Assembly: GCF_004010195.1 (NCBI RefSeq)
Contig: NC_057757.1
Location: 9,645,646-9,709,645 of the forward strand
Source of the DNA: Chiloscyllium plagiosum
Lineage: Eukaryota
Reading direction: 5' to 3'
DNA: 64,000 nucleotides
Shown: positions 48,382 through 60,849 of the stretch, in pieces
How positions within the stretch are numbered: position 1 is the stretch's first letter
Layout: every line of letters starts with the position of its first letter
Notes under the pieces: model-generated
Told to the model about the DNA's origin: nothing
Database searches by the model: none
Seen by the model: only the letters and a program-made list of their open reading frames with translations
Program-made: the position numbers and the translations under genes

Positions 48382-48616
48382 TGAAATAACTTCACAGAGG
48401 CTGGTATCCCATCACCAAATCGCTCTTTTTTTGCACATGCATAGTATTTGACACTGGTCTGGCTTCCTCAGAGTCAGCAGTCAGAGGGAACAGAAACTCT
48501 GGACTCCTGTTCATATCTGTCAGCCAAGGCTCCCTGATTGGTCCTGATTAACAATACTAATCAGGGACCTCAAATTCTATGAGATCCATCTGGCTGACCT
48601 CATTACAATCACCGTA
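48382..48616 (-). mobile_element. short solo LTR
   Basis: 235 bp flanked by 5-bp TSD atttg (48377-48381, 48617-48621); TG start; internal inverted tccctgatt/aatcaggga and a TATA-like motif on minus. Confidence 0.65.
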
Positions 48617-48789
48617 ATTTGGTTCAGAAAATTGTCTCACTATTCCAAATCCAACCCCTTCATCAGACAGCTTGGTTGATTTGTATGATTCAAGGCTGGT
48701 AGCAGAATTTAGTTGGTTGGAGGATGGTACCAGAGCCTATCAATGAGAGAATGGATTCTCACAGTTCACTATACTTCGAAAGTATTTGA

Positions 48790-49368
48790 TCAAAGAGCAT
48801 TGATTATAGGAATTGGGATAACATGTTATGGTTGTACAGAACATTGGTGAGGCCACTTTTAGAGTACTCTGGCTGCCCTACTGCAGGCAGGGTATTATTA
48901 AGTTATAAAAGGTGTAGAAAAAATATACAAGGATGTTGCTGGAACTGAAGGGTTTGAGTTATAAGGAGGAACTAGGAAGACTGGGACTTTTTTCCCTGGA
49001 ATGTAGGAGATTGAGGGGTGATTTTGTAAAAGTTTATAAAATCATGAGGAGCATAGATAAGATGATTAGCAAAGATCTTTCCCCATGGTAGGGAAGTCCA
49101 AAACTAGAGTACAGAGGTTTAAAGTGAGAGGGGAAAGATTTAAAAGGGACCTGAGGGGCAACGTTTTCATGTAGAGGGTGGTACGTGTGTGGAATGAACT
49201 GCCAGGGAAAATGGTAGAAGCAGGTACAGTTTAAACATTTAAATGGCATTTGGACAGGGACAAGAATAGGAAAGGTTTAGAGGGAGATGGGCCAAAGGAT
49301 TGGATTAGTTTGGAAAACCTGGTTGAATAGATGGGTTGGACCGAAGGGTCTGTTTATGACTCTGTGAC
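48790..49368 (+). mobile_element. CR1 LINE 3' fragment
   Basis: LYRTLVRPLLEY...VYKIMR...RVVRVWNELP; (atgactct) tail. Confidence 0.9.
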
Positions 49369-49862
49369 GCTATTTGATGTTCTATTGGACTGTGTGATTA
49401 AGAGCTAGATATTTTGTTAATACCGGTTTGCCAGTCTGTGTGATTGGGAGCTAATGAGCTAGTTATCAAATTATCTGAACATGATATGAATGTGGCAGTG
49501 ATGTTGGGAGGAATGTTTTTACAAAGCAAGCAGTTCCATTCTGTAGCAGAACACTGACATGATCTCGTGTTTCAGATCGCTCTCCAATGCAGCAGTTCAC
49601 CAGTACCCTGCAAAAGAATATTAACTTCATATATTGTGCACATTCGTCAAGGCTACCTAATATCAGATTTGAAAAAGGGGTCCAGTTGAATTCCCCACTG
49701 AAGTGGTTCTGCCTCGGAAGAAATGTCACTTGTTCCCAAAACGGAGTTCACCTTGATTGGGTTTACAGTAGATATTCCACCACTTCTCCCATCCCAGCTT
49801 GTGTGGGAGAGTCTGTGATCAGACAGTGAGTGGTTTACTCAGACAGAGGCTTCAGAGCTGAG

Positions 49863-50640
49863 AAAGTGAGGACTCCAGATGCTGGAGTACCAGAGTTGAA
49901 AAATGTGGTGCTGGAAAAACACAGCAGGCCAGGCAGCATACGAGGAGCAGGAGAATCGACGTTTCGGGCATAAGCCCTTCTTCAGGAATGAGGCTGGTGT
50001 GCCAAGCGGGCTGAGATAAAAGGTAGGGGGGAGGGGCGCTGGGAATACGATAGGTGGAAGGAGGTGAGGGTGAGGGTGATAGGCCGGAGAGNNNNNNNNN
50101 NNNNNNNNNNNNNNNNNNNNNNNNNNNNNNNNNNNNNNNNNNNNNNNNNNNNNNNNNNNNNNNNNNNNNNNNNNNNNNNNNNNNNNNNNNNNNNNNNNNN
50201 NNNNNNNNNNNNNNNNNNNNNNNNNNNNNNNNNNNNNNNNNNNNNNNNNNNNNNNNNNNNNNNNNNNNNNNNNNNNNNNNNNNNNNNNNNNNNNNNNNNN
50301 NNNNNNNNNNNNNNNNNNNNNNNNNNNNNNNNNNNNNTGGTTGCGGGGGAAGGGGCCGGGTGTGGAGGTGGGGTTGGTGGGGGGGTGTGGATCTGACGAG
50401 GGAGGGAGTGGTCTCTCCGTAACGCTGATAGGGGTGGGGATGGAAATATATCCTTGGTGTCTGTTTGGAGGTGGCGGAAATGACAGAGGATGATACGATG
50501 TATCCGGTGGAAGGTGAGGACCAGTGGGGTTCTGTCCTGGTGGCGATTGGAGGGGCGGGGTTCAAGGGCGGAGGTGCGGGAAGTGGAGGAGATGCAGTGG
50601 AGATTGTCGTCGACCACGTCAGAGGGGAAATTGCGGAGGG
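49863..50640 (-). mobile_element. Penelope-like element, 5'-truncated, spanning a gap
   Basis: Minus ORF ISSTSRTSALEPRPSNRHQDRTPLVLTFH...DIFPSPPLSALRRDHSL; pseudo-LTR with hammerhead; gagctgag on both flanks. Confidence 0.82.
49954..49989 (-). ncRNA. minimal hammerhead ribozyme motif
   Basis: Minus strand reads attc-CTGAAGA-A-GGGC-ttat-GCCC-GAAAC-GTC-gatt; ACGT palindrome. Confidence 0.62.
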
Positions 50641-51480
50641 GAGCTGAGGCCCAGAATGGGAGTCAACAGCATTTCTTCCTAATGTCAGAAATCTCCGGCA
50701 TGGGATCTGTGGTCTCTCAGTAACAGGAGTGTTCAGGAGCACCCCTGCCATCTCTCCACTCACTATTCAAGATGGGTGAGACTGACAGTGTGAGTTGCAC
50801 TGTGAGACCCATACTGAGATTACTCCCGACAGGAATTGCTGTTAGGCTTCCCTTCTAGAATCTGCCAGATTAAGCAAGAGCGAGAAAAACAGAAAATGTT
50901 TTCATTTGTATTGCACCTTTTGCACCACCTTAGGACATCCCAAGGCACAGGTGAGTGTTGTAAACACAGCGCCACATTTATGCAGACTGCAGACTTGAGG
51001 GAGAATCCCTCTGGGTGTGTTACTTGTTAGGTGTCAGGGTAAGGGAATATCTTGTGGTGACCAGAAGAGAAAATTGGAAAGGAAAGAGGATAATCCAGGG
51101 TAGGGCAGCCAAGAACATAGTGTAGGAACAGGCAGGACTGATAATTAGAGTTAGGGTTAGGGTCAGTTAGGCACTATATTTGAAAGCAATGACATTGAGG
51201 ATTGTAGATTTATTGCACATGTCACATGCAAATTAGCAGAGAGAAGATTATTCAGGGAAGTTACCATGTGGAGAAGTCTGGCAGAGACAAGACAGGGCTC
51301 TCTGTGTTCAAGGGGATTAGCCAGGAGGGTCGTTGTATCATTATTGAAAAGGATAAATAGGGAGGGGACCAAGGTTTTTAAATTAGTAACAAAGTGACAT
51401 GGAGCAGAGGGCGGGGGGAGTTTATGCAGAGAAGATGAAACTAATCTAAACATCAACAAAACAGAAAATACTAGGGTAAA

Positions 51481-51712
51481 GCACGTTCTCCCCATGTCTG
51501 CATGGGTTACCTCCGGATGCTTCGAGTTCCTCTGGCAATCCAATGATGTGCAGGTTAGGTGGATTGACCATGGGAAATGCAGAGTTACAGGGGTTGGGTG
51601 GGGTGGGATGGTGGAGGGAAGCATGGGTCTGGTGGGATGCTGTTCAGAGGGTTGGTTCAGACTCGATGGGCTGATTTGCCTCTTTCTGCACTGTGGGGAT
51701 TTTCTGATTCTA
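51481..51712 (+). mobile_element. HE1-type V-SINE, 5'-truncated
   Basis: Begins in the V-domain gcacgttctccccatgtctgcatggg. Confidence 0.8.
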
Positions 51713-52091
51713 AAGAAAGACTAAACTTAAGTGAGGGGTTAATTTCTTGAGCTTGAACGCAAAAAAATGTTAAAAATCAAATAAGAACTGCTATTTAGAA
51801 GATTTAAACTCTCTGTAGTGTAACACACAGTGTCTTTAATGATTAAGGGATATTTTGGCTATCATATTTTGTGAGGAACCAAACTTAATAGGGATTACTG
51901 AGAAAAATCTAGAGAAAAAAAATCAGTGCTTGGATTTAAACATTTAACATTTAAACAAAGCAGAATACAACACATTTCAAAAGATAGAGAGGGATAAAAG
52001 GGAAGTGGAGGAGCTGTGTTTATTCAGGTGCACAGAATGGCTATCATCAAAAGTGAGATGGCTGTCAGCAAAGTCTACATTAAATCCATTA

Positions 52092-52560
52092 GACTACAAG
52101 ACAAAGGAGCAGAAATTAGGCCATTCAGCCCATCATGTCTGTTCCGCCATTCAATCATGGCTGATAAGTTTCTCAACCCCATTCTCCCGCTTTCTCCCTG
52201 TAACCCTTGATCCCCTTGACAATTAAGAGTCTATCTATCTCAGTCTTAAATATACTCAATGACCTGGCCTCCAAAGCCTTCTGTGGCAATGATTTCCATA
52301 GATTCACCACTCTCTGGCTGAAGACGTTTCTCCTTATCTCCATTCTAAAAGACTCTAAGACTGTGCCCTCATTCCTCATCTCTCCGACCAATGGAAACAT
52401 CTTCCCATCATCCACTCTGTCCAGGCCATTCAGTATTCTGTATTTTTCAATTAGATTTCCCCCCCCACCCCCTCCTTCTAACCTCCATTGAGTATAAACC
52501 CAGAGTCCTCAAATGTTCCTCATATGTTAAGCTTTTCATTCCTGTGACCATTCTCGTAAA
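52092..52560 (-). mobile_element. CR1 3' fragment
   Basis: Minus ORF RRNVFSQRVVNLWKSLP...FKTEIDR. Confidence 0.85.
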
Positions 52561-53169
52561 TCTCCAATTGAATAAAGAGAAACTAAAAGATTAATCAGAC
52601 CAATTACTGTAGTCTAAGACTTGCTGTTAGCACAAGGCAGTGTACCTTTTAGACAGTTAGATTGATATCATGATGTGTGATGTTTAAACATAGAGGACCT
52701 AACTTCACTTCCAACATCAGTAGCAGTATATGAACCACAGGAATATTTTGCTTGTAGTTACTCTGTCTTTTCTTTATACATTCACTGCGCTCAGAGCCGA
52801 GCCCATGTGTCAGTGTGGGATTTCATTGCAGCGTAACAGTGAATTATGGCATTCTGTCTCAACCATACCCCAAACTTTATGTTGTGTAGAAATAGATAGA
52901 AATTGCTGGTCTTTGGCAGTGGCCGGTTTGTGAAACCAAGAGGGTGTGAAATGAATAAAAAAGGATTTTTGTCTCCTTTTTAAAATAAATAGTTTGTGAA
53001 ATTAAATGGTGCTGTTTTTTGTGGCGACCTATACGCATTTTACTGTATTTTCATAAATACAAGTAGCAATAAATTTCTTCCTACCTAATTCTCGAAGTAG
53101 CTAATCCCATATCGGTCCTAACCCTTAGTCTGGCTTCAGCTGTGTCTCGAACTGGTTGTTAGTGGATGA

Positions 53170-53700
53170 CATGATTGGCATAACATGATGAGATAAGAGT
53201 GTGGATTGACACATCAAATTGTGATACTGTTGCCAACACAGAGACAGGGTTGAGGGAGAGACAGGACTGGCAGCTGAACATGCTGGGGTATCGGATCTTC
53301 AGGCAGGTCAAGGGAGGATATCGAAGTGGAGGTGGTGTCATATGATTAATTAATTAAGGAGTCAGTTACTGCAGTAAGGGATAATATCTTGCAGGAGTCT
53401 TCACATAAGGTTTGCTAGGTAGAACTTAAGAATAAAAAAGGTGGCATTCACATTGCTGGGAGGCCCCAGTCAGTGTTAATGTATCAAACATTCACTAAAG
53501 TGTGTAACAATAATAGGGTAATTACATTAAAGGATTTCAACTTTCCCAACATTAATTCAGGTTATCATAGTGTAAAAGGTTTAAAGGGAGAGGATTTCTT
53601 GAAATACATTCCAGAGAGCTGTTCATGTCCACACAGAAGGTCAAGCACATAGTGGTGACAGTGCTGGATGGAATTCTGGGTAATGACAGTGATGGGTGAC
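53170..53700 (+). mobile_element. CR1 endonuclease-domain remnant
   Basis: VANTETGL...QDWQLNMLGYRIFR...GGGV and DFNFPNIN-like segments. Confidence 0.65.
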
Positions 53701-53844
53701 AGTGCGGGAGCATTGTACTGACAGCAACAACAACACTGTACTTTCTAGGTTGATTTTGTGAATGCTCTGCAGAAAAGGGGTTTTGGATTGGGGTAGATTT
53801 CATTAAATAAGGCAATAGCCAGCCAATGTAGACAGGGATCAGCG

Positions 53845-54777
53845 AGTTCACTGCTTTTTGTCATTTATATAAAAGTGAACATCGGAGGCATAGTTAGTAA
53901 GTTTGCAGACGTCATCAAAAGTGGAGGTGTAGTGGACAGCAAGGAAAGGGTGACATCAGAGTACAACGGGACCTTTATCAGATGGGCCAATGGGCCAATG
54001 GGCTGAGGAGTTTAATTTAGATAAATATGAGCTGATGCATTTTGGAAAGGCAAATCAGGGCGGACTTGTACACTTAATAGTAAGGTACTGGGGAGTTTTG
54101 CTGAACAAAACTGAACTGGGAGTGCAGGTTCATAGTTCCTTGAAAGTAGAGTCGCATGTAGATAGGATAGTGAAGAAGGCATTTGGTATGCTTTCCTTTA
54201 TTGGTCAGAGTATTGAGTATAGGAGTTGGGAGGTCATGTTGCGGTGTACAGAACTTAGGTTAGGCCACTTTTGGAATACTGTGTGCAATTCTGGTCTCCC
54301 TCCGTTGTGAAACTTGAAAGGGTTCAGAAAAGATTTACAAGGATGTTGCCAGGGTTGGAGAGTTTGAACAATAGGGATAGGCTGATTAGTCTGGGACTGT
54401 TTTCCATGGAGCGAGGGACGCTGAGGGGTGACCTTATAGAAGTTGATAAAATCATGAAGGACATGGATAAGGTAAATAGACAAGATCTTTTTCCTGGGAT
54501 GGGGGAGTCCAGAACTAGAGGATATGGGTTAGGGTGAGAAGGGAAAAATTTAAAAATGACCTAAGGGGCAACTTTTCCACGCAGAGGGTGGTGTGTTTAT
54601 CGAATGAGCTGCCAGATGAAGTGGTGGAGACTGGTTGGGTGTATGAATAGGAAGGGTTTACAGGGATATGGGCAAGTGCTGGCAAATGGGACAAGGTTAA
54701 TTTAGGATATCTGGTCAGCATGGATGAGTTTGACCGAAGGGTCTGTTTCAGTGTTGTACACCTCTATGACTCTATAA
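53845..54777 (+). mobile_element. CR1 LINE 3' fragment
   Basis: SKFADV, KKAFGMLSFIGQSIEYRS, EYCVQFW; (tatgactc) tail. Confidence 0.92.
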
Positions 54778-54869
54778 CTTGAGGGTGAATCTACAACAGA
54801 ATAATGGGAGATTTTCAATAAGGTACTGAGCGAAGTACAGGCCCAAGATATTCCCTTTAGAATAAAGCA

Positions 54870-55190
54870 TTTTTAAATTCATTTTGCGGGATGTGGGCAT
54901 TTTCATTTCTCTTTCACTCCTCTGGCCAGCATTTATTGGCTATCCCTAGTTGCCCTTGGGAAGTGATGGTAAGCTGCCTTCTTGAACCGCTGCTATGAGT
55001 TGACCCACAATGTCATTAGAGAGTGAATTCCAGGATACTGAAGGAACGGTGATATATTTCCAAGTCAGGATAGTGAGTGGCCTGAAGGGTAATTTGAAGG
55101 TGATGGTGTTCCCATATATCTGCTGCCCTTGTCTTTCTGGATGGAAGGTTTTGGGAGTTGCTGTCTGAGGATCACTGGTGAATTGGTGCA
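54870..55190 (-). mobile_element. non-CR1 LINE 3' fragment (29195 family)
   Basis: gatatatttccaagtcagga and ctagttgcccttg shared with 29195-29780. Confidence 0.72.
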
Positions 55191-55199
55191 GGACCAAGA

Positions 55200-57010
55200 A
55201 GCCCAGAGAACCCTGGGTGTCCCGAAATATTCAAGACTGAATAAAAAGGAAAAGAGAGTTGAAAAAAGGAGGAAAGGGAGTGAAATAGTGGAGGCTTCTA
55301 GAGGAGTATGGAAAGGGCAGGAAAACTAGGGAGATTCCCAAGATATTCTATAAATATATGAAGGGGAAGGGTATAATCAGAAAAAGAGCAGGGAAGAAAG
55401 GAGCAGTGGAATCAGACAACATTGGAAGGGTGTTAAATCAGTGTTTCATTTCAGTTTTCACTCGGGGGAGGGTGTGGTTAGGGAGGACAACTGTGAAGTT
55501 GTTATCTTCATCTACACACACGGTCACCTCCACGAAAAATTAAATAAACTTTGTTCGGCATGACCTCCCTCTGACAGAACCATTCTGACTAATCCTGATC
55601 AAACCTTGCCTCTCTAAATGAAGATTAATTTTCTCTTTCACTCCTTCCTCCAATAGTTTCTCAACCACTGATGTGAAAGTCACTGGTGTATAGTTTTCCC
55701 TGGTCTATCTCTACCACCCTTCTTGAAAAGAGGAACCATATTAGCTGTCCTCCAGTCCTCTGGCACCTCCCCTGTGGCCAGAGAAGAAGAATTAAAAATT
55801 TGGGTCAGATGAGAGTAGTGTGGTTAATTCAGTTTACATGGATTTCAGCAATGCCTTTGACAATGGATAGAGATGAAGAAGGTAAAAGCACATGGGATCC
55901 AGGGTAACTTGGCAAGATCACCTAAAATTAGTGGTCTGTGTCATTGGAGCCCGGTATGCAGTGGTATGCCATTGGATCTGTGCTGGGTCCCTTATTGTTC
56001 ATTATGTGTGTGAACGATGGAGATGAGAATGTGGGGTCAGGATTAGTAAGTTTGTGGATGACATGAAGATTGGTCAGGTGGCTAATAGCGAGGAAGGTTT
56101 TAGATTATAGAAAGATATAGGTGGGTTGGTTTTGATGGCGGATCAGGGGGCAAATGCAATTTAATCCTGATAAATGTGAGGTGATGCATTTTGGAAGAAG
56201 TAACAAAACAAGAGAGTACTCAATGGATGTCAGGAGCCTAGGAAGCTCCGAGGAATGATCAGATCTTAGGATGCATGTCCACTGCTCACTGATGGTGGCA
56301 GGACTGGTTAATAAGGACTGGTTAATAAGGGAAATATGAAGGCATACAAGACATGTGCTTTTATCAGTCGTAACATAGATTATAAGAGCAGGGAGGTCAT
56401 GTTGGAGTTGTACAGGACTTTGGTTAGAACACACTTGGAGTACTGTGTCCAGTTCTGGTCCACATACTGTAGGAAGGATGTGATTGCAATGGAGGATGTT
56501 CAGAGAAGACTCACCAGGATGTTGTCTGGAATGGAGCATTTCAGCGATGAAGAGAAGCTGGATAAGCTCGGGTTGTTTTCTTTGGAGCAGGGAAGGCTGA
56601 GGAAAGACATGATTGAGGAGTATAAGATTATGAGGGGCATGGATAGGGTGGATACAAAGCAGCTGTTCCTCTTCATTTAAAGGTGAATAACAAGGGGACA
56701 TCATTTTGGGATGATGGGTAGCAAATTATTTTTCACCCAGAGTGTGGCAGTCATAAACCTTTAAACAATATGTGAGTCGAAAAGTGTGGCGCTGGAAAAG
56801 TACAGCTGGTCAGGCAGCATCCGAGGAGCAGGCGAATCGATGTTCCGGGTATAAGCCCTGTATCAGGAATGAGTGAATATATGGACGAGCACTTGAAATG
56901 TTATAACATTCATGTCTATGGACCAAATGCTGGAAGGTGGAACTACTGTTGATAGGTCAGTGCAGATTCAATGGGCTGAACGGCCTCTTCTGCAATGTAT
57001 GACTCCGTGA
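55200..57010 (+). mobile_element. decayed CR1 LINE with an internal inversion
   Basis: ORF2 motifs in order, but ~55498-55806 lies on the minus strand; ORF 56336-56680. Confidence 0.85.
56775..56872 (-). mobile_element. short Penelope-like terminus nested in CR1
   Basis: Homologous to 49905-49990, with a degenerate core. Confidence 0.72.
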
Positions 57011-57929
57011 CACTCCAGTGAAATGATTCAATGTTTAATTGCTCCAATCTGCACTGCTTTTGAAAGCTTCTAAAGATCAGATGGCAGGATAAAACACCAA
57101 GTACTGCAGTGCCAACCTCAGCTGGCATGCCAATCATCCACTCCACGTTGACACACTCAGAACTGACTTGGTGTGATTCGAACGTCTGACACTCACTTAC
57201 TGAAGTGAATTTATGAAGAAGTGTTTCAGTTTTGGGTGGACTCTCATTGCAGACGAAGGAAGTGCTCCAAAGGCCACTTCAAAGGCTCAGCATCGAAGTT
57301 TTGATAGCGATCATCTGCGCTGAGAGAAACTCACCCAGGACTGCTGTCCCTGGAGCAAACTGACATAAAATGGACTGGTCTCCTTTGAAAGCAAGCTCAT
57401 ATCAGAATGAGGGAGAAAACTCAAGAAGAGAAAATACTGAGCTAGCAACTCTCCAAGTGTCTGTCCTATCCTGTCCTATTTGCAGCAGAATCCATGAAGT
57501 CAGATCATTCACAGCAGCCACTAGCAGAATCTTCCCAAACATCCCACATGATGACAATAATTCTCTCCTTCTCAAAGGATGAACAAGATGGATTGGCAGA
57601 AACATGGAGGGTAAAAAACACAAATGGGGGAATTCAGTAAAACAACGTAGAATAATATTCATCAAGGATTTTAATTATCCTGATATAAATTGACCAGAAA
57701 TTATAAATAAAAGGGTTAAGGGAATAGTGTTTCTACCACGTGTACAGGACTCTATTCTCAAGGTAGAGGCTTATAGAGTCCTTCGGTCCAACGTCCCCAT
57801 GCTGCCCAGTTTTCACAATTTAAACAAGTCCCATTTGCCTGCATTTGGTCAATATCCCCCCATTCGTATCCCATTTACGTACCAGTCCAAATGTTTCTTA
57901 AATGACTAAATTGTATTCACCCCTGTATT

Positions 57930-59638
57930 CTATAGGTGTATAAGGGATATAAGAATTACCAGAGTAAGATTAAGGTCAAACAAGGACAGTAGTGGGAAGT
58001 TGTGCGTGGAATCTGAAGAGATACGGGAAGTGCTAAATGAATATTTTCGTCAATAGTCACACTGGAAAAAGACAATATTGTTGAGGAGAATACTGAGAAA
58101 CAGGCTACCAGACTAGTTGGGATTGAGGTTCACAAGGAGGAGGTGTTAGCAATTCTGGAAAGTGTGAAAATAGATAAATCCCCTGGGCCGGATGGGATTT
58201 ATCCTAAGGATTCTCTGGAAGCCAGGGAGGAGCTTGCCAAGCCTTTGGCTTTGATCTTTATGTCATCATTGTCGACAGGAGTAGTGCCCGAAGACTGGAG
58301 GATAGCAAATGTCCCCTTGTTCAAGAAGAGGATTAGAGACAACCCTGGTAATTACAGACCAGTGAGCCTTACTGTGGTTGTGGGTAAAGTATTGGAAAAG
58401 GTTATAAGAGATAAGAATAAGTTGATTAGGAATAGTTATCACGGTGTTGTGAAGGGTACGTCGTGCCTCACAGACCTCTGAGTTCTTTGAGAAGGTGACC
58501 AAACAGGTGGATGAGGATAAAGCAGTTGATGTGGTGTATATTGATTTCAGTAAGGTGTTTGATAAGGTTCCCCATGGTAGGCTACTGCACAAAATACAGA
58601 GGCATGGGATTCAGGGTGATTTTGCGGCTTGAATCAGAAATTGGCTCGCTGAAAGAAGGTGGTGGTTGCTGGGAAATATTCATCCTGGAGTTCAGTTACT
58701 AGTGGAGTACCGCAAGGATCCGTACTGGGTCCACTGTTGTTTGTCATTTTTATAAACAATGAGGGCTTAGAAGGATGGGTTCGTAAACTAAAGTTCGATG
58801 ACACTAAGGTCGGGACAGCTCTGGATAGTGCTGAAGATGTTGCAGGTTACAGAGGGACATATATAAGCTGCAGAGCTGGGCTGAGAGGTGGCAAATGGAA
58901 TTTAATGTGGAAAAGGAGCAACAGGCATGCAGAGTACTGGGCGAATGGTAAGATGTTTGGTAGTGTAGATGTGTACATGGATCCCTCAAAGTTGTTACCC
59001 AGGTTTATAGGGCTGTTAAGAAGGCATATGGTGTGTTAGCTTTTATTAGTAGAAGGATCGGGTTTCTGAACCACGAGGTCATGCTGCAGCTGAGGTCATG
59101 TGGCTGCACTTGGAGTATTGCATGCTGTTCTGCTCACCACATTATAAGAAGGATGTGGAAGCTTTGGAAAGGGTTCAGAGGAGATTTACTAGGATGTTGC
59201 CTGCTACGGGAGGGAAAGTCTTACGAGGAAAGGCTGAGGGACTTGAGGCTGTTTTCATTAGAGAGAAAAAGGTTGAAAGGTGACTTAATTGAGACATTTA
59301 AGATAATCAGAGGGTTAGATCGAGTGGACAGTGAGAGTCTTTTTCCTCAGATGGTGATGGCTTGTATGAGGGGACATAGCTTCAAATCGAGGGTGATAGA
59401 TATAGGACAGATGTCAGAGGCAATTTCTTTACTCAGAGAGTAGTCGTGGAGTGGAATGCACTGCCTGCAACCGTTGTAGACTTGCCAACTTTATGGACAT
59501 TTAAATGGTCATTGGATAGGCATATGGATGAGAATGGAATAGTTTAGGATAGATGGGCTTCAGAATGGTTTCAAAGGGTGGCGCAACATCGAGGGCCAAA
59601 AGGTCTGTACTGCGCTGGAATGTTCTTTGGTCTATGTT
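57930..59638 (+). mobile_element. CR1 LINE RT fragment (same subfamily as 15080-18183)
   Basis: ESVKIDKSPGPDGIYP, GNYRPVSLT, SGVPQGSVLGPLLFVIFIN, KFDDTK; CR1 tail. Confidence 0.95.
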
Positions 59639-59639
59639 C

Positions 59640-59940
59640 CACCACTATCTCTCACAGTTGGTTCCAATCACTCACCACACTATGTGAAAAGATTGCCCCC
59701 TGGACTCTTTTGTATCTTTCCCCTCTCACCTTAAACCTATGCCCTTTAGTTTTATACTCCCTTGGGGAAAAGCTTTTCACTATTTACCTTATCTATGCCT
59801 TTCATGTTTCTTATATACCTTTATAAGGCCACCCCTCAGTCTCCACACTCCAGGGAAACACAAACCTGTCAGTCCAGGTAGCATCTTAGTAAATCTTTTC
59901 TGCACTCTTTCTCATTTAATAATATCCTTTCTACAGTAGA
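59640..59940 (-). mobile_element. CR1 fragment
   Basis: ctttcccctctcaccttaaacctatgccc etc., reverse complement of the CR1 ORF2 end. Confidence 0.75.
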
Positions 59941-59946
59941 ACGATA

Positions 59947-60106
59947 CAGAGGAACCTTGATTATCTGAATGACAAGGGCAAAGGATTATTTTGTTGGGGT
60001 AATTGAATGCCGGATAACACAGTTTAAAAAGCATCGGGACCTTACGACCTTGTTCGGATAATCTGAAATTCGGACAATCGAATGGCAGATATTCGAGGTT
60101 CCTCTG
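59947..60106. mobile_element. Tc1/mariner-superfamily (Tigger/pogo-like) MITE
   Basis: 21-bp TIR cagaggaaccttgattatctg / cagatattcgaggttcctctg (two mismatches), TA on both flanks. Confidence 0.8.
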
Positions 60107-60444
60107 TATATATTAACTACAGTTGAATGAATAAAATGAGGTGATCCTATTGAAGCAAAATTCTTACAGATATTGATAGATTTCTAAATAGTAAAGACAT
60201 CAGGGATTAAGGGGTGGTGGGGTAAATGGCATTGCGGTAGAAGATCACTATGATTAATTTGAATGTAGAGCTGAGAGGGGGCAACTGATCTCCTTCTCAT
60301 TCTATTTTCTCTGTTCTAACTCAATTGGTTAGTTGTCAAAAAGGAATTTTCACAAATTGACATTGTAGTAAAGAATGGGCCAGAGCAGTGAAATGTAATA
60401 AAATAAGGTACATCCTGGCAATACTGATCATGATAAAATTAGGG

Positions 60445-60760
60445 GAGGTGATGGCCCCTACTGATGATGGTATTATTGCTGGACTGTGAATCAAGAGACC
60501 CAAGTAAAGTCAGGTCCTCTAGGTTCGAATCTGGCCAGAGAAAATGTGAAATTTGAATTCAATAAAGATCTTGAATTAAGAGTCTAATGATGACTATGAA
60601 TCAATTGTTGGAAAACTCCATCTAATTTACTTATGCCCTTTAGGGAAGGAAACTGCCATCCTTACCTGGTTTGAACAACATGTGAGTCCAGACCCACAAC
60701 TCTTAACTGCCTCTGGGTAATTAGGGATGGCCCAGCCAGCGACACCCGCATCCCATTAAA
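60445..60760 (+). mobile_element. tRNA-derived SINE (second family)
   Basis: B box ggttcgaatc; body cctttagggaaggaaactgccatccttacctgg; tail ttagggatggcccagccagcgacacccgcatccc. Confidence 0.78.
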
Positions 60761-60849
60761 GAACAGAAATGAAGTTGATAATAAGGAGGGAGAAATATGA
60801 CAAAACCAAACTAGTAGATTGGAGAAAAGCTTTTTTTGAGGGTTTTTAT

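Noticed and set aside
51146..51171. Interstitial telomeric repeat
   Set aside because: Only two exact TTAGGG units; compatible with chance
56301..56330. Short local duplications (14 bp here, 15 bp at ~41583, 8 bp at ~53982)
   Set aside because: Ordinary slippage-type micro-duplications in neutral sequence
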